Part shown: positions 35,735-46,219 of the stretch, piece by piece
How positions within the stretch are numbered: the first letter of the stretch is position 1
Layout of the letters: each line of letters starts with the position of its first letter
Assembly (NCBI GenBank): GCA_028715605.1
Contig: JAQURM010000003.1
Coordinates: forward strand, 98,810-162,809
Length of the DNA stretch: 64,000 nt
Source: Desulfovibrionales bacterium
GTDB taxonomy: Bacteria; Desulfobacterota; QYQD01
Direction of reading: 5' to 3'
Position numbers and translations under genes: made by a program
Notes under the pieces: generated by a model
Seen by the model: the letters and a program-made list of their open reading frames with translations, nothing else
The model's database searches: none
Told to the model about the DNA's origin: nothing

Positions 35735-37456
35735 ATGTCCGACAAGCCTAAAAAGCTTTCCGAAATAAGGTTTAAACCGGCGAGCCGGGTCTTCCCCTCT
35801 CCTTTAGATTGGCGGGACCAGTTCGTTTATTTTCTCCTGGTGGACCGGTTTAACAGCGGGAAAGGTGATATCCCTCCATTCGTACCTGGCTCAACGTCCA
35901 CCGGCAGAAATGATGAAGAAGGCGAAAAATGGCAGGGCGGGACACTGAAAGGTATTACTGAGAGACTCGACTATATAAAAGGCCTGGGCTGTACGGCCGT
36001 ATGGCTCAGCCCTATATTCAAAAACCGCACAGAGCTTAACACCTACCATGGCTACGGCATCCAGAATTTTCTCGATATTGACCCGCGCCTTGGGTCGGTT
36101 AAAGACTTACAGACCCTGGTAAAAAAAGCCCACAAGATGGGGATGTATGTAATTCTCGATATAGTCTTGAACCATACCGGCGACAACTGGGCCTATCCGG
36201 GAGGCTACCGCTACGAATACTGTGGGGGGCAGAGATTTCCCTTTGGTTTCTGGCGGGAAGTTACCCCTGGTTCAGGGATCGAGTGGCCGGATGATGCGGT
36301 CTGGCCGGTAGAATTCCAGAATCCCGAGTGGTACAGGCGAAAGGGCGAGATCCGAAACTGGGACACATTCCCGGAGGCGAGGGACGGCGACTTTTGTACT
36401 CTGAAAGAGCTTGATACCTCAAGCCGTGAAGTACTGCGAGCCCTCATCGACATACATAAGCACTGGATTGCCGTCACCGATGTGGATGGCTACCGACTCG
36501 ATGCGGTAAAGCACCTGGAAGAGTCAAGCACTGCTCTATTTTGCGCGGCCATAAGGGAATATGCCCAGTACATCGGCAAAAAGAATTTCCTATTCTTTGG
36601 AGAGATCATCGGAGACGACCGTTTTATCGACCAGTATATCGGCAGAAATGCCCGCATCCCGGGCACTAACGAACGTTTTCCTTCCCTGGACGCCGCCCTT
36701 GACTTTCCCTTGTGGGGGATACTGGAAGGGGTAATAAAGGGATTTACAAATCCGGCCGAACTCAGGAAAAGATATGAAGGATTCCGGGAATTATATAGCG
36801 ACCACGGTCGGGCCGGCGAATATTTTGTGACTTTTATTGATAACCACGACCAGATTGGCCGCTCGCCAAGGGCCAGATTTCTCCATAACGATCCCCTCCA
36901 GAGACAGGCTGTTCTGGCCATAGGTTACCTGCTTACAAGCATCGGTATCCCCTGCCTCTATTATGGGACAGAGCAGGGGTTCGACGGCGGAGGTGACCAT
37001 GATAAGTACATACGTGAATGTATGTTCGGCGGCCGCTGGGGGGCCTTCAATACTACAGGGCATCATTTCTTTAACCCGGATAACCCCATCTATAAAGATA
37101 TATCCCGTATCGCAGGGATAAGAGGGGAAGAGCCTGCTCTGCGTTATGGAAGACAATACTTCCGGGAGATATCAGGAAACGGCATCGATTTTGGCTATCC
37201 TATCGACGGCCGTTCTACCCTGGCCTATTCCCGTATTCTCGACAGCACCGAGATACTCGTGACCATGAATCTGGATATGAAGCCAAGGAGTGACTTTGTA
37301 ACCGTAGATAGCAGCCTTTCTCCCATTGGTAAAGAAATGGTTAACCTTCTGGACGCGCGGTCAAGAGTAAAGATAAGCGAGGTAAGCGGACGGCATATAG
37401 TCCGCACCGACTTGCAGCCTCATGAAATAGCAATATTTAAAATCATTGTTCCATAA
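35735..37456 (+). CDS. GH13 alpha-amylase-family glycoside hydrolase (cytoplasmic)
   Basis: YHGYGIQNF..DP..G....L...HKMGMYVILDIVLNHTG, GYRLDAVKH and FIDNHD conserved regions. Confidence 0.9.
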   Translation: MSDKPKKLSEIRFKPASRVFPSPLDWRDQFVYFLLVDRFNSGKGDIPPFVPGSTSTGRNDEEGEKWQGGTLKGITERLDYIKGLGCTAVWLSPIFKNRTELNTYHGYGIQNFLDIDPRLGSVKDLQTLVKKAHKMGMYVILDIVLNHTGDNWAYPGGYRYEYCGGQRFPFGFWREVTPGSGIEWPDDAVWPVEFQNPEWYRRKGEIRNWDTFPEARDGDFCTLKELDTSSREVLRALIDIHKHWIAVTDVDGYRLDAVKHLEESSTALFCAAIREYAQYIGKKNFLFFGEIIGDDRFIDQYIGRNARIPGTNERFPSLDAALDFPLWGILEGVIKGFTNPAELRKRYEGFRELYSDHGRAGEYFVTFIDNHDQIGRSPRARFLHNDPLQRQAVLAIGYLLTSIGIPCLYYGTEQGFDGGGDHDKYIRECMFGGRWGAFNTTGHHFFNPDNPIYKDISRIAGIRGEEPALRYGRQYFREISGNGIDFGYPIDGRSTLAYSRILDSTEILVTMNLDMKPRSDFVTVDSSLSPIGKEMVNLLDARSRVKISEVSGRHIVRTDLQPHEIAIFKIIVP

Positions 37457-37468
37457 GGAGGGAACGGT

Positions 37469-38341
37469 ATGAGTAAATTTGACAAATCAGCTCTGGGGTG
37501 GCTACCTGACTATCCTGATTTCAGGGACTATACACAGGAGCAGGAAAAGATCAGCAAAGTGCTGGCGCCCACCGGCGTTCTGAAGGCCAGGGTGAAGCAG
37601 CCTACCGCCGTCGATTTAAGGCCGTGGTGTTCAGCCATTGAGGATCAGGGGGCCCTCGGGTCATGCACGGCCCATGCGGGTGTGGGGATTGTAGAATATT
37701 ACGAGAGGCGCGCCCTTGGAAGGCATATCGATGCCTCCCGGCTATTTCTTTACAAAGCCACCCGCAATCTTCTCCACTGGACCGGGGATACCGGGGCGTT
37801 TTTGCGGAGCACTATGGGCGCATTGGTCCTTTTTGGCGTACCGCCTGAAGAGTACTGGCCTTACGCCATCGCCGATTTTGACAAAGAGCCGCCGGCCTTC
37901 TGTTATGCCTTTGCCCAAAACTATCAGGCTATTCAATATTACCGCCACGACCCGCCCGGGACGCCGGGAGATGCCCTGCTTGATCGAATAAAAACTTACC
38001 TGGCCGTAGGTCATCCCTCTATGTTCGGGTTCACAGTCTATAGCTCCATTGAGCAGGCGGACAAGACAGGTAAAATCCCATTTCCCTGCCGGGGAGAAAG
38101 GATAGAAGGCGGCCACGCTATTGTAGCCGTTGGTTACGATGATAAGGTGAAGATTAAAAATACGGGTAAATGCGGGGTCGAAACTGCCGGCGCCCTTCTC
38201 ATTCGGAACTCGTGGGGCACAGGCTGGGGAGATGCAGGCTATGGCTGGCTGCCGTATGAATACGTACTTAGAGGACTGGCCGAGGACTTTTGGTCTATTC
38301 TTAAGAAGGAATGGGTGGATACCGGAGAATTCAAGGCCTGA
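37469..38341 (+). CDS. C1 (papain) family cysteine peptidase
   Basis: QGALGSCTAHAG Cys region, HAIVAVGYDD His, and NSWGTGWGDAGYGW. Confidence 0.8.
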   Translation: MSKFDKSALGWLPDYPDFRDYTQEQEKISKVLAPTGVLKARVKQPTAVDLRPWCSAIEDQGALGSCTAHAGVGIVEYYERRALGRHIDASRLFLYKATRNLLHWTGDTGAFLRSTMGALVLFGVPPEEYWPYAIADFDKEPPAFCYAFAQNYQAIQYYRHDPPGTPGDALLDRIKTYLAVGHPSMFGFTVYSSIEQADKTGKIPFPCRGERIEGGHAIVAVGYDDKVKIKNTGKCGVETAGALLIRNSWGTGWGDAGYGWLPYEYVLRGLAEDFWSILKKEWVDTGEFKA

Positions 38342-38359
38342 GAATTGTGGAGATATAAC

Positions 38360-39286
38360 ATGGAGTTGGAAGAACTGGGGCGACTGCTCCTGCGCTATGC
38401 TGACTTGTGCCTTAGGGCCGGATGTACCGAAGACGCCCGAATCATGGCCCATACCGCCGTTGAAGTGCTGAAGAATACCGGATCGGGACAAGGGATTACG
38501 GCCGCATACAGATTTTTCTACCAGATAGATGAGATTGAAAAAAAGGAAAAAGGTAAGGCCGCTACGCCCCGGCGCATCTCCGACCGGGCTGATAGTTTAG
38601 GGCTGGCCCCGGCAAATCCAAGGTTACAGGGATTGGAGTATGATTTACTCTCTGCCCTTGATCATATTACACTGGCCAGAGCTTTCCTGGATCTCTACGG
38701 GTACTTTAAATCAGGCCCAAATAATTTAGACTTTTCGCACGCCTCGGCGCATCTACGGCCGGACACCCTTATATCCAGGGCTGAAGAGCACCTTAAGGCA
38801 GCAGATAAGACCGGCACTAATTATGAAGATATACTCTCCTGTCAAGCCGAGTTATGGCGTTTAAAGGGAAACCTCCGGGAGGCCAAAAAGCATTGGCTGG
38901 AGATTATAAGAAGATTTAAAGATGAGGCTCAGGTGGCCTTACTTACCCCTGCCCCGCTCCCGGATAGAGCCCGGGACGGCCTCAGATTATTTTGCGCTGC
39001 GGCCGTCAACTTCGGGCAGTCATGTTTTTCTTTTGAGACTGGAGAATTGCAGGACGCCACATTTCTGGGAGACAGAGACTATATTGATGCCGTAGCCCTG
39101 GCTACGAGACTGAGCCACAAGTACCCCCAGATATTACCTGACGTGAGGAGCCGTGTTATCTTGCATGGGATAATGGGGAGGCTGTTTGCCTTTCAAAGTA
39201 AGTGGCCGGAGGCCTTTTTTGCCTTTCTGAAAATAACCGGTGATATTCCTGTCCCGGGGACGTCATGTATTATGTTATCTGAATAA
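38360..39286 (+). CDS. Hypothetical protein (helical repeat-like)
   Basis: ATG at 38360. No recognised motif. Confidence 0.45.
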   Translation: MELEELGRLLLRYADLCLRAGCTEDARIMAHTAVEVLKNTGSGQGITAAYRFFYQIDEIEKKEKGKAATPRRISDRADSLGLAPANPRLQGLEYDLLSALDHITLARAFLDLYGYFKSGPNNLDFSHASAHLRPDTLISRAEEHLKAADKTGTNYEDILSCQAELWRLKGNLREAKKHWLEIIRRFKDEAQVALLTPAPLPDRARDGLRLFCAAAVNFGQSCFSFETGELQDATFLGDRDYIDAVALATRLSHKYPQILPDVRSRVILHGIMGRLFAFQSKWPEAFFAFLKITGDIPVPGTSCIMLSE

Positions 39287-39373
39287 CGTGGGCAAGGGGA
39301 CCGCTATTTTCTCGCCATTGGCCAAGACGCTTACTGTCATAGCAAAGGAGAATTCGGTACAGAGAGAGGCGTT

Positions 39374-39946
39374 ATGGTGCAGGTGGATTTGCCGGGGGCA
39401 TTTGCAGCGAGCCAGATTTTCGCCTTTTTGAGCAGGGGATATCTCAAAAGGGAGAAACGCCTTTTCATGCACAGGCTGATGGGGCCTATGGCCGCATATT
39501 TCGCCCTCCTGTTTGCTCCCACGGGAATTTTTCTCCTCATCTGCTGGCCGGCCTGGGAATGTATGTACCGGTGGGAATGGGTGGAAAAACCTGCCGGAAA
39601 TCAATCTGTTACGCTCTTTTATGTAGGCTTTTACATGGCCATGGTAGTGATAGGGTGCGCCAGTTATATGCTTGCCCACTGGCTTTACAGGCAGGGTAAA
39701 GACCGGACGGTAAAAAGACTGTGTGTCGCCAGCGTGATTGCAACTCTGCTGCCCTTTTTTCTGTGGCCGTTTACCTGGTATTACATAGGCACTTACGCTC
39801 AGTACCACGCCTTTCCAAGGCAGTCTGCAACGTTCGGCACGCCTTTTTTCTTCTTTTCATGGCTTGGCGCCATGGGCTACTTCATTACAGCCTCGGTCTT
39901 TTTCGGTCTGTGGTTAAAAAGGAAGTCAAAGATTATGGAGTTGTAG
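39374..39946 (+). CDS. Hypothetical polytopic membrane protein
   Basis: 4-5 predicted TM helices, rich in aromatic residues. Confidence 0.5.
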   Translation: MVQVDLPGAFAASQIFAFLSRGYLKREKRLFMHRLMGPMAAYFALLFAPTGIFLLICWPAWECMYRWEWVEKPAGNQSVTLFYVGFYMAMVVIGCASYMLAHWLYRQGKDRTVKRLCVASVIATLLPFFLWPFTWYYIGTYAQYHAFPRQSATFGTPFFFFSWLGAMGYFITASVFFGLWLKRKSKIMEL

Positions 39947-39957
39947 CGTGAGGAACC

Positions 39958-41169
39958 ATGGATGTGTTGTTTAGCCCCGGCAGGATAGGATCGCTTGAAT
40001 TAAAAAACAGAATGATACGTTCTGCCTCTCATGAGGGACTTGCGGACAGGAGAGGCGCCCCGACAGAGAGACAATTTCAATTTTATAAGCGGGTTATAGA
40101 AGGCGGCATCGGGCTAATTATTACCGGTTACGCAGGTATGATGCAGAATGGCAAGAGCGCTCTCTACCACATGACAATGATCGACTCAGACGACCTGATA
40201 CCTGCGCACAGGACTATGGTCAATAATATACACAACATCGAAGGGAAGATAGTGCTTCAGATCGCCCATTGCGGAAGGCAGACACTATCCTCGGAAACAG
40301 GCGAAGCCACACTGGTGTCGCCCTCGTCTGTTCCGAACCGTTTTTATAAAGAGGTGCCCCGGGAACTGTCTGAACCTGAAATCGCTGAGATCATCGAAAA
40401 TTTTGCCGCGGCCGCCCGAAGGGCGAAGACTGCCGGATATGACGGTGTGCAGATACACGCCGCGCACGGCTATCTCCTGTCCACTTTTCTGTCAAGGCAT
40501 TCCAATAAAAGGACCGACCGGTGGGGAGGACACATGGAGAACAGGTTTAGAATAGTGGGCGAGACCCTTCGGGCCGTGCGGGATACCGTGAGCCGGGACT
40601 ACCCGGTCTTTATTAAACTGAACTCATTCGAAAAAGCCCGGGACGGGATAAGACCCGATGAATGTGTTCGTTTTTCAAGAATGGTGGAAGACACGGGTTG
40701 TTGCGACGCCATCGAGCTCAGCGCCGGAAGCAACGAGGACAGTTTCTACATGGCGCGGGGTAAATTTCCAACCGAAGGTATCCTCAAATATCTGAGACCG
40801 TACTGTAAGATGGGGAGGGTGGCCAAATTTCTCATAAGACACGCGGTCGCCCCGGTGCTTTCCAAAGTCCAGCCGCCCTTCAGGGAAGGCTATAATCTGG
40901 AGACCGCGGCCAGGGTAAAGAAGGCGGTCTCGTTACCTGTTATTACGGTAGGGGGTATGAGGTCAAAGGCCTTTATGGAGGCGGCTATCAGGGAGGGCAA
41001 GACGGATTTCGTCTCTATGGCGAGGCCGCTTCTGCTTGAGCCGGATCTGGCAAATAAGTTCAAGACAGGGGAGAGCTCAGTTGCCAGATGCGACAACTGC
41101 AATATCTGTTTTGTCGCCACAGACACCATGCCCATCCGTTGTCATAGAGACGAATTCAAGGGGCGCTGA
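39958..41169 (+). CDS. Old-Yellow-Enzyme family NADH:flavin oxidoreductase
   Basis: LKNRMIRSA, HAAHGYLLSTFLS, R.D.WGG and TIM-barrel FMN motifs. Confidence 0.85.
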   Translation: MDVLFSPGRIGSLELKNRMIRSASHEGLADRRGAPTERQFQFYKRVIEGGIGLIITGYAGMMQNGKSALYHMTMIDSDDLIPAHRTMVNNIHNIEGKIVLQIAHCGRQTLSSETGEATLVSPSSVPNRFYKEVPRELSEPEIAEIIENFAAAARRAKTAGYDGVQIHAAHGYLLSTFLSRHSNKRTDRWGGHMENRFRIVGETLRAVRDTVSRDYPVFIKLNSFEKARDGIRPDECVRFSRMVEDTGCCDAIELSAGSNEDSFYMARGKFPTEGILKYLRPYCKMGRVAKFLIRHAVAPVLSKVQPPFREGYNLETAARVKKAVSLPVITVGGMRSKAFMEAAIREGKTDFVSMARPLLLEPDLANKFKTGESSVARCDNCNICFVATDTMPIRCHRDEFKGR

Positions 41170-41173
41170 GAGG

Positions 41174-41746
41174 ATGAAAAAACTAGCGGAGTTTCTCAAC
41201 TCACCTTTCGGGCTTCTTATCGCAGGGGCCATAATCAGCGGGCTTCTCGTCCAGTATATAGCCTCTAAGTGGCAGCAGAAGAACTGGCTCTTTCAACAAC
41301 GGTTCACGGCAGAGAGCGCCAAATTTGATAAGGAGCTGGAACAGAAATACAAAATCCTGGAGGAGATTAATAGGTCTGTTGCAGAGATTCTGACACACTC
41401 TCAGGATGTGACAGTAGGGTATATGAAACAGGTACCGGCAAAGCAAAGGGAGGAAGAAATCCTCAACTACAACGAAGCGCAGATGAAATGGGAAAATAAT
41501 TTCCGGATACATACGATCCGCATCAAGACTTTTTTTACGGACAAGAAGCTCCAGACAATGTGGGACGATATCAAGAAAGAACGGGACCACTTGGATGTTG
41601 CGTTTTACATGCTGACGGCACGAGGTCAAGGAACGCCTGAAGAATGTCTGGATATGATCAATAAGATTTCTGATATGACCGTTAACTTATCGCAGCGTAT
41701 GCTGGCAGAGATTAATCAGATGAAACAACGTGGTTCCAAGTTGTAA
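41174..41746 (+). CDS. Hypothetical protein with N-terminal TM helix and coiled-coil region
   Basis: ATG at 41174 behind GAGAGG. LLIAGAIISGLLVQYIA TM segment. Confidence 0.5.
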   Translation: MKKLAEFLNSPFGLLIAGAIISGLLVQYIASKWQQKNWLFQQRFTAESAKFDKELEQKYKILEEINRSVAEILTHSQDVTVGYMKQVPAKQREEEILNYNEAQMKWENNFRIHTIRIKTFFTDKKLQTMWDDIKKERDHLDVAFYMLTARGQGTPEECLDMINKISDMTVNLSQRMLAEINQMKQRGSKL

Positions 41747-41833
41747 GACACACTTCCGGATGACGCAGGACTAATCTTTCCCGTAACCGGGAAACAACAG
41801 GCCTACGGCTTGCCGTAGGCAGGAGGAGAGGAG

Positions 41834-42694
41834 ATGATCGGTATCAAGGGACTCGCTGATTTTCAGGATCGTTTTTTCAACAGCGTCAAGGAGAAAAGTG
41901 CGGAACTAATAAAAGGGAATCTGGACGAGGAATTAAGGTCAGGTAAAGATTTTCCCGTATCAATCAGAGCTGACTTCTGCCTGCTTATAAACGAAATAAA
42001 TGCCCTGAAGGGGGCGGAGAGCCTTCTCGCTGGCGTTACCAAAGAGTTACAAAATGATTTTAAGGAGCTTATCAACAGTACGAGTTTCGATAACTTTGTT
42101 GACAACTTCAGGGAGCTGGTCACGGTCGAACAGTTTAAAAAGGCACCCGACGTCTTGCGTGGTATCATCCACATGGAAATAGGTCTGGTTTTATCGTTTG
42201 TCACCGTCCTAAAGAACTTCGAAAGGCTTCAGATGGAAGATTATGCAGAGAGCCTTAATCAGTATTTCTTTGCACGGGACGGATACAAAACCGTATCCGG
42301 GGATCTGATTATGCGGCCTCAGTTCCCTAATGTCCGCAATTTGGAGGACGCAAGGGGAATCGGTGACCAGATCAATGCCGAACGTTATATCCGGGATATA
42401 ACCAGGATCGTCGGAGAAACTACCGGCGACGCACTGTATGATCTCAGGCCCCGCTACGTCAGGCTTGTTCAGCAGTATCAGTCGGATTCCATTAAGAAGC
42501 TCATAGGCTGGTTTAATTCATTTGGAGACCTGGCGGAGGCCTCGTTGCTCCCGGCCGTTGAAGGTATAATCAACGGGGCCTTTAACCTCAGCTTAAATCC
42601 CCTGATAGCCGCAGCCATAGGGACGTTTTGCTCGGTTACCGCACGAAAGGCCACGGAGCATTCGTATCTTGCTCTTTTGAGGATAATGCCGTAG
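41834..42694 (+). CDS. Hypothetical protein (286 aa)
   Basis: RBS AGGAGGAGAGGAG preceded by a perfect hairpin GCCTACGG-CTT-GCCGTAGGC. Confidence 0.5.
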   Translation: MIGIKGLADFQDRFFNSVKEKSAELIKGNLDEELRSGKDFPVSIRADFCLLINEINALKGAESLLAGVTKELQNDFKELINSTSFDNFVDNFRELVTVEQFKKAPDVLRGIIHMEIGLVLSFVTVLKNFERLQMEDYAESLNQYFFARDGYKTVSGDLIMRPQFPNVRNLEDARGIGDQINAERYIRDITRIVGETTGDALYDLRPRYVRLVQQYQSDSIKKLIGWFNSFGDLAEASLLPAVEGIINGAFNLSLNPLIAAAIGTFCSVTARKATEHSYLALLRIMP

Positions 42695-42766
42695 GATTTG
42701 AAATTTCAAATTTGAGATCAGGACAAAAGAAGGAAGCAGCCATGTTAGCGAAACCCTTTGCAGAAT

Positions 42767-42800
42767 CCCCGCGGCTTGCCGCGGGGTGCCATATTTTATT
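42767..42800 (+). terminator. Hairpin terminator downstream of the 41834 gene
   Basis: ccccgcgg cttg ccgcgggg followed by a T-rich tract. Confidence 0.55.
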
Positions 42801-42840
42801 TATTGACACACAGTCTTGAGTCTGGTAAACGTAACCTAAT

Positions 42841-42894
42841 ATGAAAATTTATGACGGCATAATTTTACGCTGGTGGTGGAGTGGGTTGATATAG
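42841..42894 (+). CDS. trpL: trp operon leader peptide MKIYDGIILRWWWSGLI with three consecutive Trp codons
   Basis: 17-codon ORF with TGG TGG TGG at 42871-42879, followed by alternative hairpins and an attenuator terminator 190 nt upstream of trpE. Confidence 0.7.
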   Translation: MKIYDGIILRWWWSGLI

Positions 42895-42944
42895 GGTGAG
42901 GTGTACCCACTTCCCGGTTATTAACATACGTGCCGTTCAATAAA

Positions 42945-42979
42945 CCGTGGGTCATCTCAAAATGACCTGCGGTTTTTTT
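42945..42979 (+). terminator. trp attenuator: 11-bp stem (2 G-U pairs), CUCAAA loop, U7 tail
   Basis: ccgtgggtcat ctcaaa atgacctgcgg ttttttt. The left arm gtgggt can alternatively pair with acccac (42905-42910), giving an antiterminator. ggagtgggt (region 1, after the Trp codons) can pair with acccacttcc. Confidence 0.75.
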
Positions 42980-43089
42980 ATTGTAACTGCTCAATTAGCC
43001 ACCAAGGCACCAAGACACAAAAGAAAGAAATCCCTAATGTTGACGCCTTGGCGTCTTAGTGGCTGAATAGTTGTTTTTTAAAAGGTAAA

Positions 43090-44565
43090 ATGTATTCACC
43101 AACCTTTGAACAATTTAATAAGCTTGCTCAGCAAGGAAATCTCATTCCGGTCTATCGGGACATCCTTGCGGATATGGAGACCCCTCTTTCCATTTACCGT
43201 AAGCTGGAAGAGGGAAAATATTCCTTTCTCCTGGAGAGCATGGAGGGCGGGGAAAAATGGGGGCGTTATAGTTTCATCGGCCTGAACCCCTCGGTCATAA
43301 TCCGGGCCAAAGGCGACAGATTGGAACGCCTCAATGCCGCCGGTGAGGTCCATACTGAAACCGGGGATCCTATCCTGTTCCTGCGCAAGGTCTTGTCGGC
43401 TTACAAACCCGTGGTATTTGACGGCCTGCCCCGTTTTTTTGGCGGCGCCGTGGGTTACCTGGGTTATGACACCGTACGCTTTATAGAGGCTATTCCGGAG
43501 ATCAATCCGGACGTGCTTGGCTTCCACGATATGGTCTTTGTAATATGTGACCAGATCCTCATCTACGACACCTTCAACCAGTCTCTTAGGGTCATAACGA
43601 ATGTGCGCATCAAGGAAGGCGATGATCTGCAATCGCTTTATGATCAGGCCATAGCCGGGATAGACGGCATTGTTGACAGACTGCGCAGGGCACCGGTTTC
43701 GCAGCCGGAGGATATTCCCCAGGATGATCTTCCGGTATCGGCCAACATGCCGCCTGAGGACTTTAAGTGTATGGTCGGAAAGGCCAAGGAGTATATCCGG
43801 GCGGGAGACATCATTCAGGTGGTGTTGGCCCAGCGCTTTCAGACGACGTGGCAAGGAGATCCCTTTTCGGTTTATCGGGCGTTGCGTAAGATAAATCCCT
43901 CGCCGTACCTCTTTTACCTCCGTTTTGATGACGAATATCTGATCGGTTCTTCACCGGAGGTCCTGGTACGGCTGGAGAACCGGAAAATAGAAGTCCGGCC
44001 CATTGCCGGGACGCGGCCCCGCGGAACAAACGAGGAAGAAGATCGCAGGCTGGAACAAGAACTCCTGAACGATCCCAAGGAACGGGCCGAGCATATAATG
44101 CTGGTTGACCTGGGGCGAAATGATGTGGGCCGGGTAGCCGGATACGGCAGCGTAGAAGTAAACGAACTGATGGCTATTGAACGGTATTCACACGTCATGC
44201 ATATAGTTTCCAATGTGCGCGGCCTGTTAAAAGAAGGCAAGGATGCCTTTGACGTTTTCTCCGCTACGTTTCCGGCCGGCACGGTAAGCGGCGCCCCAAA
44301 GGTGCGGGCCATGGAGATCATTGAAGAACTGGAGCCCGACCGCCGCGGGCCGTACGCCGGTGCGGTTGGTTATTTCAGCTTTTCCGGCAACATGGACCTG
44401 TGTATCGCCATCCGCACGCTGCTCATTAAAAATGGACGGATAAGTGTCCAGGCCGGGGCGGGGATCGTAGCTGATTCCGATCCGGATAAGGAATATCAGG
44501 AGACGGTAAACAAGGCGCGCGGTATGCTGAGGGCTATCGAATGGGCAAAAAAGGGATTGGAATAG
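43090..44565 (+). CDS. trpE: Anthranilate synthase component I
   Basis: LLES..GG..GRYSFIG and the chorismate-binding C-terminal core (GAVGYF, G.G.V.DS). Confidence 0.95.
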   Translation: MYSPTFEQFNKLAQQGNLIPVYRDILADMETPLSIYRKLEEGKYSFLLESMEGGEKWGRYSFIGLNPSVIIRAKGDRLERLNAAGEVHTETGDPILFLRKVLSAYKPVVFDGLPRFFGGAVGYLGYDTVRFIEAIPEINPDVLGFHDMVFVICDQILIYDTFNQSLRVITNVRIKEGDDLQSLYDQAIAGIDGIVDRLRRAPVSQPEDIPQDDLPVSANMPPEDFKCMVGKAKEYIRAGDIIQVVLAQRFQTTWQGDPFSVYRALRKINPSPYLFYLRFDDEYLIGSSPEVLVRLENRKIEVRPIAGTRPRGTNEEEDRRLEQELLNDPKERAEHIMLVDLGRNDVGRVAGYGSVEVNELMAIERYSHVMHIVSNVRGLLKEGKDAFDVFSATFPAGTVSGAPKVRAMEIIEELEPDRRGPYAGAVGYFSFSGNMDLCIAIRTLLIKNGRISVQAGAGIVADSDPDKEYQETVNKARGMLRAIEWAKKGLE

Positions 44566-44568
44566 GCG

Positions 44569-45147
44569 ATGATATTCATCCTCGATAATTATGATTCCTT
44601 TACTTATAATCTCGTCCAGGCCTTTGGCGAGATGGGTGAAGACCTGATCGTGGAGCGCAACGATAAGATCGGCCTCAAGGGGATTGAAAGACTTTCTCCC
44701 TCACACCTGGTCATTTCTCCCGGGCCGTGTTCTCCGGAAGAGGCTGGCATTTCCGTGACAGCTATCCGGTATTTTGCCGGCCGGCTGCCCATACTCGGGG
44801 TCTGCCTGGGGCATCAGTCCATAGGCGCGGCCTTTGGCGGCCGCATAGCGCGCGCCGAAAGGCTCATGCACGGCAAGACCTCTTTGATCTATCACGACGG
44901 GCAAACGATTTTTGAGGGGCTGCCGCTGCCCTTTGAGGCCACGCGCTATCACTCGCTTATTGTAGAGAAAGAGTCCCTGCCCGATTGTCTGGAGATAACC
45001 GCCTGGACCGAAGAGGGAGAAATCATGGGCCTTCGGCACAAAGAGCTTATCATAGAGGGGGTACAATTCCACCCCGAATCAATCCTGACCAGAGAGGGAC
45101 CGGGGCTCCTGAAGAATTTTACAAGACTGTCCGGGGGGAGGAGATGA
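44569..45147 (+). CDS. trpG: Anthranilate synthase component II (glutamine amidotransferase)
   Basis: [12 protein letters not shown] catalytic Cys and HPES. Confidence 0.95.
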   Translation: MIFILDNYDSFTYNLVQAFGEMGEDLIVERNDKIGLKGIERLSPSHLVISPGPCSPEEAGISVTAIRYFAGRLPILGVCLGHQSIGAAFGGRIARAERLMHGKTSLIYHDGQTIFEGLPLPFEATRYHSLIVEKESLPDCLEITAWTEEGEIMGLRHKELIIEGVQFHPESILTREGPGLLKNFTRLSGGRR

Positions 45148-46166
45148 CTGTGATCAAGGAAACGCTGGCTCGGGTAGTTAACCGCCAGGACTTAAGCGAA
45201 GAGGAAATGACGGCGGTTATGGAAGAGATTATGAGCGGCGCCTGTACGCCGGCCCAGATAGGGGCCTTTATCACGGCGCTCCGCATGAAGGGTGAATCTG
45301 TAGCGGAGATAACCGGAGCAGCCCGCGTAATGCGGGAAAAAGCCACTCAGATTAAGGTTGAGGCAGAGATAGTGGTGGATATCGTCGGCACCGGCGGTGA
45401 CGCCTCTAATACCTTCAATGTTTCTACAACCGCTGCCTTTGTAATAGCCGCATCGGGAGTGAAAGTGGCGAAACATGGAAATCGTGCGGTCTCATCCCGT
45501 TGTGGGAGCGCCGATGTCCTGGAGGCGCTGGGGGCCAACTTAGATATTTCACCTTCACTCGTGGCCGCCTGCATAGGTAAGGTTGGTTTTGGCTTTCTTT
45601 TCGCTCCCAAATTACACCTGGCCATGAAACACGCCATCGGTCCCCGAAGGGAGATAGGACTGCGTACCATATTCAACATTCTTGGGCCTCTGACCAATCC
45701 GGCCGGGGCCAATGTTCAGGTCCTCGGGGTCTATGATGGCAGTCTGGCGAATACCTTGGCCTCGGTGCTGAAAAATCTGGGGTGCAAGGCGGCTATGGTG
45801 GTCTTTGGTGAAGGCGGGTATGACGAGCTGAGTATAGTTGGGCCTACCCGGGTAAGCGAACTCAAAGGAGGCGCTGTCCGCGATTATGTCGTGCAGCCGG
45901 ATGATTTTGGCCTCAAAAGGGCTACTCCGGCGGAGATTATTGGTGGCGATGCGGCAAAAAACGCACAGATTGTGCGGTCTATTTTTGCCGGTGAAAAAGG
46001 GGCCTGCCGGGATATGGTGGTTCTTAATGCGGCTGCCGCCTTGGCTATCAGCGGCAAGGCGAGAGACATGTCCGAAGGTGTAAGGATGGCCGAGGAACTC
46101 ATAGATAGCGGTGCAGCAGGCAAAAAGCTTGAGGAATACATCACGTTTTCCCGGAAAGCGGCATGA
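45144..46166 (+). CDS. trpD: Anthranilate phosphoribosyltransferase
   Basis: ATGA overlap with the trpG stop. [27 protein letters not shown]. Confidence 0.9.
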   Translation: MTVIKETLARVVNRQDLSEEEMTAVMEEIMSGACTPAQIGAFITALRMKGESVAEITGAARVMREKATQIKVEAEIVVDIVGTGGDASNTFNVSTTAAFVIAASGVKVAKHGNRAVSSRCGSADVLEALGANLDISPSLVAACIGKVGFGFLFAPKLHLAMKHAIGPRREIGLRTIFNILGPLTNPAGANVQVLGVYDGSLANTLASVLKNLGCKAAMVVFGEGGYDELSIVGPTRVSELKGGAVRDYVVQPDDFGLKRATPAEIIGGDAAKNAQIVRSIFAGEKGACRDMVVLNAAAALAISGKARDMSEGVRMAEELIDSGAAGKKLEEYITFSRKAA

Positions 46167-46219
46167 GATGAGAGATAGAAAAGATCATGGCTGATAGCTG
46201 ACCGCTGAAAGCTGAAGGC

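Noticed and set aside
42628-42819. 63-aa ORF upstream of the trp leader
   Set aside because: It spans the terminator hairpin of the preceding gene and the candidate trp promoter. It shows no coding signal.
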